Assembly (NCBI GenBank): GCA_965262715.1
Contig: OZ253553.1
Coordinates: forward strand, 288,001 to 352,000
Direction: 5' to 3'
DNA from: Bdellovibrionales bacterium
GTDB lineage: Bacteria > Bdellovibrionota > Bdellovibrionia > Bdellovibrionales > JAUICD01
DNA length: 64,000 bases
The position numbers and the translations under genes are program-made. The notes under the pieces are model-generated. The model saw only the letters and a program-made list of their open reading frames with translations, made no database searches and was not told where the DNA came from. Positions 20,533 to 29,771 of the stretch are shown here, piece after piece (positions within the stretch are counted from its first letter, which is position 1; each line of letters opens with the position of its first letter).

Positions 20533-20612
20533 CGTAAAATCATGTAAAAATTTCATATCTATTATGTTGTTTTTTCACAATCTTGGTCCATCTGGACAAC
20601 AAATGTCACTTG
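20533..20612 (+). repeat. ~85-bp intergenic direct repeat, copy 2
   Basis: Near-identical to copy 1, including the GTCCATCTGGAC palindrome. Confidence 0.85.
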
Positions 20613-20712
20613 TTTTTAGTATTTACTCTCTCTCTCTTTATAAACTACTAATATCACTTATTTTTTTTACATTTCCTTAACCTTTATGATTTGTAGTTTT
20701 TGTTTATATTTT

Positions 20713-20730
20713 TTGGCATTGATTGTGCAT
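20713..20730 (+). promoter_or_regulatory. Putative sigma54 promoter
   Basis: TTGGCATTGATTGTGCAT = GG-N10-GC, ~55 bp before the ATG. Confidence 0.5.
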
Positions 20731-20784
20731 CATTATGTTTGTTTTTACAGATGTATATGATCAATTTTTAAAAAGGAGCTTATA

Positions 20785-21642
20785 ATGAACTTTAGAAATT
20801 TTATATCAATATTTTGTGTTTTATTACACTTAACTTATTTAGCAGGATGTACTTCAAAAACAGATCAGCACGGCACATCCTCACCTCATCTTAGCATTGA
20901 TCAAGGGTTGCTGAATATTAATTCAGTAAATAACCGTCTAGTAACTCTTTGTAAAGCAGGTCAAGCCGTTGACTTTGCCCCTCCTCCTGGAACAGATCCG
21001 GTATATCTTATAGAAAATAAAGCAGGTAATGTACAGGTTGATGACTGTAACAAGTTTGAAACCCAAAAATCATATTTTGCTTTTATATATGATTTGGATG
21101 AAGATATCAACAATATCAACGATATTGAAAAAGCGAAAAACTTTAAAGTAGATGGATATGTTGTAGACCCAAGTCATCGCACAAGAATCCAAGAACTCTG
21201 TGAGTCTAATACCAATAAATTGGAAGATTACACATCTCTTGCAAAGATAGCCGCCTTTCTTGGTGTAACAACAGTCGCAGCCTCATATACAGCAGAAAGT
21301 GAAAATCCGGAATTTCAAGCAAAAATTGATGAGCTATTAAAAGATCATACAGCTGTGATGAAAATAGAATATGAATCAGTATTAAAGTCAGAATGTGCTA
21401 TTGAAACAGATATCGGAGTCGAAATGGATTTTGAGCATGCAGAAGATGAGGTTCATTTGTCAAGGATCTATTTTTATCGCAGAGGGCTTATTGGTTCTAG
21501 TATGAGTCCAATGGAGGTGAGTGTTAGTGGTGACAACTTTAATAGAGAAGCTCAATTAATAAGTGAAGATTTGGATACTTTATCCTTCACTTTTGAAATT
21601 ACACTCAAAGATAGTAATGATAAAGTGACTCCAAATTTATAA
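20785..21642 (+). CDS. Hypothetical lipoprotein
   Basis: Lipobox LAGC; AAGGAG RBS. Confidence 0.75.
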   Translation: MNFRNFISIFCVLLHLTYLAGCTSKTDQHGTSSPHLSIDQGLLNINSVNNRLVTLCKAGQAVDFAPPPGTDPVYLIENKAGNVQVDDCNKFETQKSYFAFIYDLDEDINNINDIEKAKNFKVDGYVVDPSHRTRIQELCESNTNKLEDYTSLAKIAAFLGVTTVAASYTAESENPEFQAKIDELLKDHTAVMKIEYESVLKSECAIETDIGVEMDFEHAEDEVHLSRIYFYRRGLIGSSMSPMEVSVSGDNFNREAQLISEDLDTLSFTFEITLKDSNDKVTPNL

Positions 21643-21669
21643 TCTCTTAAGTTGTTATGAATCTAAAAG

Positions 21670-21700
21670 AAAAGGCGGTGTTTGATAGCTGCCTTTTTTG
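21670..21700 (+). terminator. Intrinsic terminator
   Basis: AAAAGGCGG...CTGCCTTTTTT. Confidence 0.65.
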
Positions 21701-21818
21701 TTTCGCTGCAATAAGAATCATAAACTATGAGTAAAATGTAGGAATGTTTTCTCAATAAGGCTATAAAATAATATGACTTTTTAGGAGTAGATTCCGAAAT
21801 AGGCTAGTCTTTTTAGGA

Positions 21819-22264
21819 ATGATATCCGAAATAGTCTTGACGGTTCTAAAAAAAAATAAATCACTATTAAAGCAGCCCAAATATTACTTTTATGACACGG
21901 GACTTATCAAGGATCGTGGTGCTGCATTTGAAAATCTTGTAGCTTGCAGTCTTTTAAAAGAAAATCATTTTCGTGAGATTGTTATGGTGAAACGCGAGGG
22001 CTTTATTATTTAAAGAATAAAGATCAAAGAGAGATTGACTTTCTTATGACAAAGGATCATCAACCTATTGCTATGATTGAGGCAAAATTGACCGATTCTT
22101 TTTTAAGTCCTCACTTTAAAATTTTTGCAAAACAGCTTCCTCCGAATGTTCAAAAAATCCAGCTAGTTAAAAACTTAAAGACAGAAACAACTTTCCCTGA
22201 AAAATATGAAATATGCAAGGCTTCTCGTTGGCTTTCAACAATAGAGATTAAAAATGGTTTATGA
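21819..22264 (+). pseudogene. AAA+ ATPase/DUF4143 C-terminal remnant, frameshifted
   Basis: PKYYFYDTGL..FENLV, then REIDF..IEAK in another frame; ATPase part absent. Confidence 0.7.
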
Positions 22265-22599
22265 TTGAATTGGAAATCAAACAGGGAAGCTGTTTCAAAA
22301 ATAAGGTTTTATATTTTACAATTCGAGTTAAAACTCAAAGTGAACCTTTTTTAAAACCTATTTTTATTTGATTTAAGATCCGTAAAACACGACTTTGTGT
22401 CCAAGCGTTAGGACAATATCCAGCCTTAAACTTTTAAAAGTCTATTTATTTGGTGTTTTAGCCTCAAAAATATTGGCACGTATTTTGTATATATTATTTT
22501 CAGTCATCAACAATGTGATAGGTGGGAAAAAGCATGACTTGCAAAGTCATTTTTGGATGAACTTTGCAATTGATTGCGAAAGGTTAGGGGTATTTTTTA

Positions 22600-23607
22600 A
22601 TGTCAGTTCATCGCAATAACAATAATCAACAAAGGAGTTCTTTTAGAGGACATCCTCATGATTTATTTTTTAGAAGATTTTTTTCTGGTAACAAGGAGGT
22701 AATAGCATTATTAGAAACAATTTTACCTCAATCTATCTTATACCTTCTTGATCTATCTAATTTGAAGATTGAGAATAGTATTGTTGTTAAAGGTTTAGAG
22801 ATAAGAGTTGATTTAGTGTTAAATGTAAAACTTAAAAAGTCTAAAAAGAAAGCTAAGATATTTTTTATCATAGATCATAAGAGTTGGCCGGAGAGAAAAG
22901 TCATACAACAGTTACTAAAATACCAATTCATAATGATGGAGAAACATTATGATGATAAAGAAGATTTTTTATCTCCAGTTTTAACTATTATTTTCTATCA
23001 TGGTCATAAAAAATGGAATCCATCATTTTCTTTACATAAGGATTGGGTCTCTAGAGGAGTTTTTTCAAAGAAAGATTTAGGGAGAATTTCTCAATATCTT
23101 ATAAACTTCACTCCTTATTTTTTTAATTTATCTGAATTTGATATAGAAAATAATGCGATAAAGAGGATAAAGCCAATTTTATACACGTTTAAGCAGATTT
23201 GGTCTTTAAATAAGCTTAAGAGTTTGGAGGAGAAGAAAGCCGCATTATATAAGATTTTGTTATCAGTAAAAAAGGACTTACAAGGAGAGGAAAAAGAGTA
23301 TATAATAAATGTGCTATCGGGTATAAAGAGTTATCTTCTTCAATACAACCCGGAGTTAGCAAAGGGGTTATTAGATGAAGTCTCAAAAGATGTCACAGAA
23401 GAGTTAGGAGGAAAGAATATTATGTTTGATTTTATAACAGAGTTTGCTCAAAAAAACCTTCAGACAGGGAAACAAGAAGGCCTACAGGAAGGAAGGCAAG
23501 AGGTGATATTAAAGCTGCTTAAAGCTGATATGAGTGTGGAAAAGGTATCTAGAATTACTGGTTTTTCAAAAGAAAAAATCCGTAATTTTCAAAAAGACTC
23601 TAAATAA
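22600..23607 (+). CDS. Rpn-family (YhgA-like) PD-(D/E)XK nuclease
   Basis: HPHDLFFR, RVDLV, IDHKS, IIFYHG..KW, C-terminal GKQEGLQEG repeats plus HTH. Confidence 0.88.
   Translation: MSVHRNNNNQQRSSFRGHPHDLFFRRFFSGNKEVIALLETILPQSILYLLDLSNLKIENSIVVKGLEIRVDLVLNVKLKKSKKKAKIFFIIDHKSWPERKVIQQLLKYQFIMMEKHYDDKEDFLSPVLTIIFYHGHKKWNPSFSLHKDWVSRGVFSKKDLGRISQYLINFTPYFFNLSEFDIENNAIKRIKPILYTFKQIWSLNKLKSLEEKKAALYKILLSVKKDLQGEEKEYIINVLSGIKSYLLQYNPELAKGLLDEVSKDVTEELGGKNIMFDFITEFAQKNLQTGKQEGLQEGRQEVILKLLKADMSVEKVSRITGFSKEKIRNFQKDSK
23422..23607 (+). CDS. Putative in-frame internal small Rpn protein (RpnS-like, 61 aa)
   Basis: AGGAGG at 23406-23411 before an in-frame ATG at 23422. Confidence 0.6.
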   Translation: MFDFITEFAQKNLQTGKQEGLQEGRQEVILKLLKADMSVEKVSRITGFSKEKIRNFQKDSK

Positions 23608-23641
23608 AGATAAATAAAGATTTATTTTGTAAGTCACATTT

Positions 23642-23732
23642 CATAAAACCATGTAAAAGTTTCATATCTGTTATGTTGTTTTTTCATAATTTTGGTCTGT
23701 TTGGACAGTAGGTGTCGCTTTTTTCTAACTCT
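23642..23732 (+). repeat. ~85-bp intergenic direct repeat, copy 3 (diverged)
   Basis: ATGTAAAAGTTTCATATCT..TTATGTTGTTTTTTCA shared with copies 1 and 2. Confidence 0.8.
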
Positions 23733-23873
23733 CACCTTCTCTTTGTAAGTCGTTAAAGTCATTTGTCTTTTATAACTTTTATTTTTTAAGTTTTTCTTTA
23801 TATTTTTTGGTATTTATTGTACATAATCTATCACAAATAGATACAATAAATAAACTAAATAAGGAGAAAAGTT

Positions 23874-24308
23874 ATGAAGTACTTTATGAAATTTATTTTA
23901 CCTTTATTATGTGTAACTGTTTGGACTGGGTATAAAGTGTCAGCTTACCAAAATAACAATTCTTCATCTCAGACTGATAATCAGGCATCGTTAGAAATTT
24001 TTTATCAAGATGTCCGTTCTTTTTTTGATGTTGTTGATCAATCTGGTAATGCTCTATGTCGAGCTGATATTTCTAAGAGAGTTAGGACTACAGATTTATT
24101 TAGATTCTATTTAGATAAGAGTTTACTTGAACTAGCTGTTTCTAGATTTGATATTAGTCCTTCTGCAGAAATTTTTTCTATGTTGGACAGAGCTCAATAT
24201 TCTCTAGAGAGAACTATAAGTGAAATCTCATTAGAAGATGTTAGAGAAGAATTAGAGGTATTACAAGTGCAATTAGATTCTTGTCTAGAAAATGGTGTAG
24301 ATGGTTAA
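23874..24308 (+). CDS. Secreted hypothetical protein
   Basis: AAGGAG RBS; signal peptide. Confidence 0.65.
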   Translation: MKYFMKFILPLLCVTVWTGYKVSAYQNNNSSSQTDNQASLEIFYQDVRSFFDVVDQSGNALCRADISKRVRTTDLFRFYLDKSLLELAVSRFDISPSAEIFSMLDRAQYSLERTISEISLEDVREELEVLQVQLDSCLENGVDG

Positions 24309-24333
24309 ACATCTTAAGGCTACTATAAGAATA

Positions 24334-24366
24334 GAAGGTAGTTTTTAAAAATCTACCTTTTTTATT
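24334..24366 (+). terminator. Intrinsic terminator
   Basis: GAAGGTAG...CTACCTTTTTT. Confidence 0.6.
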
Positions 24367-24523
24367 TCGCTGCAATAGAGATTGTGAGATACGAGTGTGT
24401 GCTATTAGATAACTTTCTTTTTAAGGACGGCCTTTTTAAGTTTTCTAATCCGTGTCTCAAGAGTTTTTTCAGATAAAGTTAATTCAATTAAAAGTTTTGT
24501 TTCTCAGATAAAAAGTTTGTAAA

Positions 24524-25020
24524 TTATTTTAATTTATAAACTTCTTTACGATGAGCAATTTTAACAATTAAGAGGCTTTGTTGCACAAATATTTGCATGT
24601 ATTAACTAGCGTCTTTGGGCAGGCTTCTTCACTAGCAGCAGGCAGCCCCCGAGCAATGAGCTTCCATTATTTTTATAATTAATTATAGAATAAAAATTCT
24701 TTTAAAATCTTTACCTCATAATGCTCTGGCCTGAGCTAGCTCACAAGCCTGCCCAAAGACGCTAATGGTAAAATCCAACGTAATAGAGTCAATATTTGTG
24801 CAACAAAACCCAATTAAGATAGATGTCCTTTCTAGTTTAAAAATAATTCTATAATGTCCTACTCTCATGTGACGACAGCCTTCAAAGCTATAGCGTAAGA
24901 GTTTACCAAAACGTATAGGGTCTTGTGCTAAGCGTTTTTCTATAGCCTGTTTGATTCTTTTTTTATCTAATTTTGGCAATTTTGGGATATCATCTGTAAT
25001 GACAGATTCTAGATATTCGT
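24524..25020 (-). pseudogene. RelE/ParE toxin interrupted by a MITE
   Basis: Removing the MITE and one TSD restores ...RVGHYRIIFKLERTSILIVKIAHRKEVYKLK*. Confidence 0.85.
24574..24810. mobile_element. 237-bp MITE with IS903-like (IS5 family) ends
   Basis: TIR GG(C/T)TTTGTTGCACAAATATT; 9-bp TSD CAATTAAGA at 24565-24573 and 24811-24819. Confidence 0.92.
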
Positions 25021-25024
25021 AACT

Positions 25025-25237
25025 TCAAATCGCAAGTGCAACTCTTTTGTGTTTCTGAGATAGTCGATGGTCTGCTATTTTGGAAAAATGAATATCCTCT
25101 TGAGATTCTAAGGCTTCACGAATGAGGTTTAAACTAACGGTAGATATCTTTTGCTGACGTTTGCCAGAGAGTACTTTTAAAGCTAGATAAGTGTTTTGGT
25201 CAACAGTTAAACTGATTCTTTTTTTTTGTAAGGGCAT
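25025..25237 (-). CDS. Antitoxin (RHH-like) of the RelE pair
   Basis: KRISLTVD..LIREALE..ED; directly upstream of relE. Confidence 0.7.
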   Translation of the reverse strand: MPLQKKRISLTVDQNTYLALKVLSGKRQQKISTVSLNLIREALESQEDIHFSKIADHRLSQKHKRVALAI

Positions 25238-25461
25238 TTTAAACTCCTATATACTTATAAAGATACTTGAATTTATATAAAATTTCAAATAAATTTCTCA
25301 ATAAAAAGTGAACACGAATTACCTCATAATATATGTTACCGAAGCTTGGTAATGTAATGTAATTTTGATTTTTGTTTGACTTTTTGGAATTTATTTTGTA
25401 TTAGTTGCCTATAAATGAATAGGCTGCATACATTCTATTTTTTAAGAAAAGGGGTTATGAG

Positions 25462-26607
25462 ATGAGCTTTAGAAATTTTGTGCCGATATTTTGTGTTTTA
25501 TTACATTTAACTTATTTAGTAGGATGTAGGGATGATAGTTCTACAACCTCTTCCCCAGCACCAACAACTTCTGGCGCACCTAATGAAAGTGCTACAAGTC
25601 CTCAATCAGGGCAATCATCGGCTACTGGCCAAGCAGTTGAAGATGTAAATACAGAACAACAAAGACAGCAAGAAGCTTTTTTTACTGCTGTTAGGCAAGG
25701 AGATATAGAAACTATATCAAATTATTTAAACAATGGAGGAGATGTGAATGTCACAGATGATGAAGGTAAGATGGCATTTTCTTTTTTTATACCACAACAA
25801 CAACCATTATTTCTAGATACTTACAAAGTTTTGGTCAATGAAGGAGCAGATACCATTGATGTAAATGTTCGAGAGTATGGGAATAACAGCACACCATTGT
25901 TTTTTGCCACAAGTGCAAAAGTTGTGGCAAAACTGGTAGAAAGAGGAGCAGATGTGAATGCTAAAAATGATTATGGTTCTACACCATTGCATTATCCTAG
26001 AACTGCGGAAGTTGCAAAAGCACTAATAGAAGCAGGGGTTGATATCAATGCCAAAAATAATTATGGCATAGTGCCATTTCAAAGCTATGATGATGATGTT
26101 AGAGAAGTTCTGGTAAACGAGGGAGCAGATACTATTGATGTGAATGTTCAAAATGATAACAGGACACCATTGTTTTTTGCCATGAGTGCAGAAGTTGTAG
26201 AAAAATTGATAGAAAGAGGAGCGAATAAGCTAGCTAGGGATAGAGATAACAAAAACCCATTACATTATGCCAGAAACTCAGAAGTTGTACAAGCTTTAAT
26301 AGAATCTTTTTCTTCGACATATTCTATCGAAGACTATGTTAATTTTAAAGGTTCACTTGGAGAGACAGCATTATGGAGTTTCATTTGCGAAAGACAGGGA
26401 GAGGATGATGAGAATATAGAAATAATAGAAATGGAAAAAGCAGTACAAGCTTTAATAGAAGCAGGAGCGGATGTCAATGCCACACATTCACAACATGATG
26501 ACTTAACGCGGCTGTTTGGTAGAATGTGGAGTACACCATTAGAATGTGCTGAACGTATTGGAAATGAAGAAATTGTAAGACTCTTAAAAGAAGCAGGAGC
26601 AAGATGA
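25462..26607 (+). CDS. Ankyrin-repeat lipoprotein
   Basis: Lipobox LVGC; repeated GADVNA..G.TPLH motifs. Confidence 0.9.
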   Translation: MSFRNFVPIFCVLLHLTYLVGCRDDSSTTSSPAPTTSGAPNESATSPQSGQSSATGQAVEDVNTEQQRQQEAFFTAVRQGDIETISNYLNNGGDVNVTDDEGKMAFSFFIPQQQPLFLDTYKVLVNEGADTIDVNVREYGNNSTPLFFATSAKVVAKLVERGADVNAKNDYGSTPLHYPRTAEVAKALIEAGVDINAKNNYGIVPFQSYDDDVREVLVNEGADTIDVNVQNDNRTPLFFAMSAEVVEKLIERGANKLARDRDNKNPLHYARNSEVVQALIESFSSTYSIEDYVNFKGSLGETALWSFICERQGEDDENIEIIEMEKAVQALIEAGADVNATHSQHDDLTRLFGRMWSTPLECAERIGNEEIVRLLKEAGAR

Positions 26608-26620
26608 TAAATCGGCTGTC

Positions 26621-27991
26621 TTATAAAGATGTGATTTCAGCAAATTTGGCGGTGAAGTGGCGTAGAAACTGAGGCTCTTCAACAATCTTAACTCCTACAA
26701 TGCTCTTTCTTTTTTTATAAAGCTCTCCTAAAGCATGCGCCACATAAAGAATATGATCATTTGTATATACCCGGCGAGGGATGGCTAGTCTGACAAATTC
26801 ATAGGGAGGAGGGCTTGTAGGAAACATCACAGAGCCAATTTCCACAGATCGGATGCCAAAGTGACGGTAAAGAGCTATCACTAAAGCTTGTCCAGGAAAT
26901 TGCTCTATTGGAATATGAGGTAAAAAATGAGAGGCATTTACATAAACAGCATGTCCTCCAGTTGGCCTAATAATAGAAATACCCTGATCAATAAGCTTTT
27001 GACCTAAAAGCTCAACCTGTTTTGTCCGGAAAAGAAGATAGTCTTCTTCTATCACTTCTTTTAAACCTTGGGCCATAGCTTCTAGGTCTCTACCTGCAAG
27101 TCCTCCGTAAGTTTTAAAACCTTCATGGAGGATCAGTCTATTACAAATAGATTGAAATAATTTTTCATTTTTTTTATTAAGTGTGATAAAGCCTCCAATG
27201 TTGACAAGCGCATCCTTTTTTCCTGAAACAATAGAACCATCAACTAGAGAGAAAACTTCACGGATAATATCTCTGAGTGGTCTTTTGATCTGACCAGCTT
27301 CTTTCTGCTGAATAAAATAACAGTTTTCAGCAAATCGGCTGGCATCCAGGAAAAAAGGGATGTCGTATTTATCTAGAATAGCTTTAACAGCTTTGATATT
27401 TTCTAAAGAAGCTGGTTGTCCTCCAGCAGAGTTATTAGTAAGGGTCATCATTACAAGAGGAATGTTTTCTCTTCCTTTCTCATCAATAATTTTTTGAAGC
27501 CCTTCTAAATCCATATTGCCTTTGAAAGGGTAAGTGTTATCTATTTGAAGAGTTTCTTTGCAAGGCAGGTCAATTGCCTGGCCTCCAAGTTGTTCAATAT
27601 TTGCTCTTGTTGTGTCAAAATGTGTGTTGTTAGGAATAAATATTTTAGGTTTTTCAATCACACTTGAGAAAAAAATATTTTCCGCTCCTCGTCCCTGATG
27701 GGTGGGAATGACATAAGTATGACCAAAGATTTCTTGAACGGTTTCTTGAAACTTATAAAAGCTTTTTGATCCCGCATAAGACTCATCTCCTAAAAACATA
27801 GCACTCCACTGTCGATCGCTCATTGCACTGGTTCCACTATCAGTGAGAAGATCAATATAGACATCTTCAGAGGGGATCTGAAAAACATTGAAATAGGCTT
27901 TTTTAAGGACATGTTCTCTTTTCTCTATAGGAGAAAGTGTGATGTGTTCTACCATTTTTATTTTAAAAGGAGGAGGGGTTCTTTTAAGCAT
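26621..27991 (-). CDS. tnaA: Tryptophanase
   Basis: LLTDSG, SGKKD (PLP lysine), RLAIPRRVYT and LRHFTA, which favour tryptophanase over tyrosine phenol-lyase. Confidence 0.85.
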   Translation of the reverse strand: MLKRTPPPFKIKMVEHITLSPIEKREHVLKKAYFNVFQIPSEDVYIDLLTDSGTSAMSDRQWSAMFLGDESYAGSKSFYKFQETVQEIFGHTYVIPTHQGRGAENIFFSSVIEKPKIFIPNNTHFDTTRANIEQLGGQAIDLPCKETLQIDNTYPFKGNMDLEGLQKIIDEKGRENIPLVMMTLTNNSAGGQPASLENIKAVKAILDKYDIPFFLDASRFAENCYFIQQKEAGQIKRPLRDIIREVFSLVDGSIVSGKKDALVNIGGFITLNKKNEKLFQSICNRLILHEGFKTYGGLAGRDLEAMAQGLKEVIEEDYLLFRTKQVELLGQKLIDQGISIIRPTGGHAVYVNASHFLPHIPIEQFPGQALVIALYRHFGIRSVEIGSVMFPTSPPPYEFVRLAIPRRVYTNDHILYVAHALGELYKKRKSIVGVKIVEEPQFLRHFTAKFAEITSL

Positions 27992-28120
27992 TGTAAAGGG
28001 TCTCCAAAATCAATAAAATAGATGTTTTGTGCAAGGTGTAAAAATGTACCGTATATAAGTATACTGTGTCATAATAGGTCATTCAACTTTTAACACAACT
28101 AGTAGAAAAGGAGAAGTTAA

Positions 28121-29746
28121 GTGAATACAGCAGATATTAAAGTGAAAATAGTCAGTGAAAAATCTTTTAAAAGCTTTTTGAAGGGGATGAAAAAAACAAA
28201 GACTGATGTTGAAATTCTATTTTGCTATAGAGGCAAAAAAATAAAGGGTAAATCCTATGAAACTTTTAACCTTCTGCCTAAAAAAGATTTTGTCATCATC
28301 AAGCCAAATGCGCCTGAAGAGACTTTAGAAAGGATCCAAGAAGCTATCAATGAAGAGTCTTTTTTAGCGGAAGATCAGAAAATACTGACATTAAGACATT
28401 GTGGTACAGACACAAAACACACAATTGTGATTGGACTTGGAGATTTAAAAGATCAAGATCATCCATGTCTTGAAATTTTTCGAAAGTGTGGAGGGATTGC
28501 ATTTCAATCTCTATCTGTTATGAAAGCTAAAGAGGCAAAACTCTCTCTTCATCACTTTGATTTATTCTCTCACCAAACAGAAAAGATGTTACATGCATTT
28601 TTATTAGGTTTTAAGCTGGCCAGTTATCGATTTGAAGACCATATCAGTAAAAAATCAGAAGTCCCTTTTAATAGCCTACTATTAACTTTAACTGAATCTT
28701 CGAAAGAAACAAAATCTAAAGAGGTGGCTTTAACAAATAGTATAGAGCAGGCCTCTCATATTTGTGAAGGAATAACATTTGCTAGATGGCTTGCAGATCA
28801 TCCAGGCAATGTGATCAATCCTGTAAGTTTAGCAAAAGAGGTTCAAAAGAAATTCAAGAACACATCTGTTAAGGTAACAGTTTGGGATAAAAACCGTATT
28901 CAGAAAGAACGTATGGGACTTCTTTACGGTGTAGGTCAAGGTAGTAGTGTAGATCCTCGACTTATCATTATGGAATACAAAGGCAAAGGATTAAGTAAAA
29001 ATACAGATCCTGTTTGTTTTGTAGGTAAGGGTATCACTTTTGATTCAGGAGGTATTAGTATTAAGCCTTCTAGATCAATGGAAGAGATGAAATATGACAT
29101 GTGTGGCGCGGCAGATGTGATAGGTACGATGGTGGCATTGGAAAAGCTTCAGGCGAAGGTTCATGCAATTGGAATTATTGCTTCAGCGGAAAACATGCCG
29201 GGCGCGTCTGCAACAAAGCCTGGAGATATTCATTATGCTCGTAATGGTTTATCTGTAGAAGTGTTCAATACAGATGCAGAAGGCCGGTTGGTTTTAGGTG
29301 ATGCTCTTTGTCTAGCAGTAGAAAAAAAACCACAGTTTATTGTTGATGCAGCGACGTTAACGGGCTCAGTAGTTGTTGCATTGGGAGATAACCATACAGG
29401 GTATTTTGTGCGAGGAGAGACTTTAGCAGAGGCTATTGAAAGAGCTCTTGAAGCTACTCAAGAAACCGCTTGGAGGATGCCCTTGGTAGAAGGACATCGC
29501 AAATCAATGAAAGGGATACATGCGGATTTAAAGAATATAGGTGATGGTGATCATCCAGGTGCAGGAAGTGCTAAGGGAGCTGCTTTCTTATCTTATTTTG
29601 TGAGTGGTGATATCCCATGGGCCCATTTTGACATTGCTGGAACTGCCTATAATGTAGGACATTTATACCCTTATTGTCCTAAAAAAGGAGCATCGGGTTT
29701 AATGGTCCGTACTTTTTGCCAACTTGCGCTCAACAGTTTCGAATAG
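28121..29746 (+). CDS. pepA: Leucyl aminopeptidase (M17)
   Basis: GKGITFDSGG, MKYDM, NTDAEGRL. Confidence 0.92.
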   Translation: MNTADIKVKIVSEKSFKSFLKGMKKTKTDVEILFCYRGKKIKGKSYETFNLLPKKDFVIIKPNAPEETLERIQEAINEESFLAEDQKILTLRHCGTDTKHTIVIGLGDLKDQDHPCLEIFRKCGGIAFQSLSVMKAKEAKLSLHHFDLFSHQTEKMLHAFLLGFKLASYRFEDHISKKSEVPFNSLLLTLTESSKETKSKEVALTNSIEQASHICEGITFARWLADHPGNVINPVSLAKEVQKKFKNTSVKVTVWDKNRIQKERMGLLYGVGQGSSVDPRLIIMEYKGKGLSKNTDPVCFVGKGITFDSGGISIKPSRSMEEMKYDMCGAADVIGTMVALEKLQAKVHAIGIIASAENMPGASATKPGDIHYARNGLSVEVFNTDAEGRLVLGDALCLAVEKKPQFIVDAATLTGSVVVALGDNHTGYFVRGETLAEAIERALEATQETAWRMPLVEGHRKSMKGIHADLKNIGDGDHPGAGSAKGAAFLSYFVSGDIPWAHFDIAGTAYNVGHLYPYCPKKGASGLMVRTFCQLALNSFE

Positions 29747-29771
29747 CAACATCGCAACAAAGTTTCAAAAT

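Noticed and set aside
25331..25373. ~40-bp similarity to 56965-57001 (ATATGTTACCG..TAATGT..ATTTTGATTTT)
   Set aside because: Short and AT-rich with no structure or function assignable
18976..26607. Integron cassette array
   Set aside because: The repeats lack RYYYAAC/GTTRRRY attC ends, intergenic gaps are long, and there is no integrase
26621..27991. Tyrosine phenol-lyase
   Set aside because: LRHFTA and RLAIPRR favour tryptophanase
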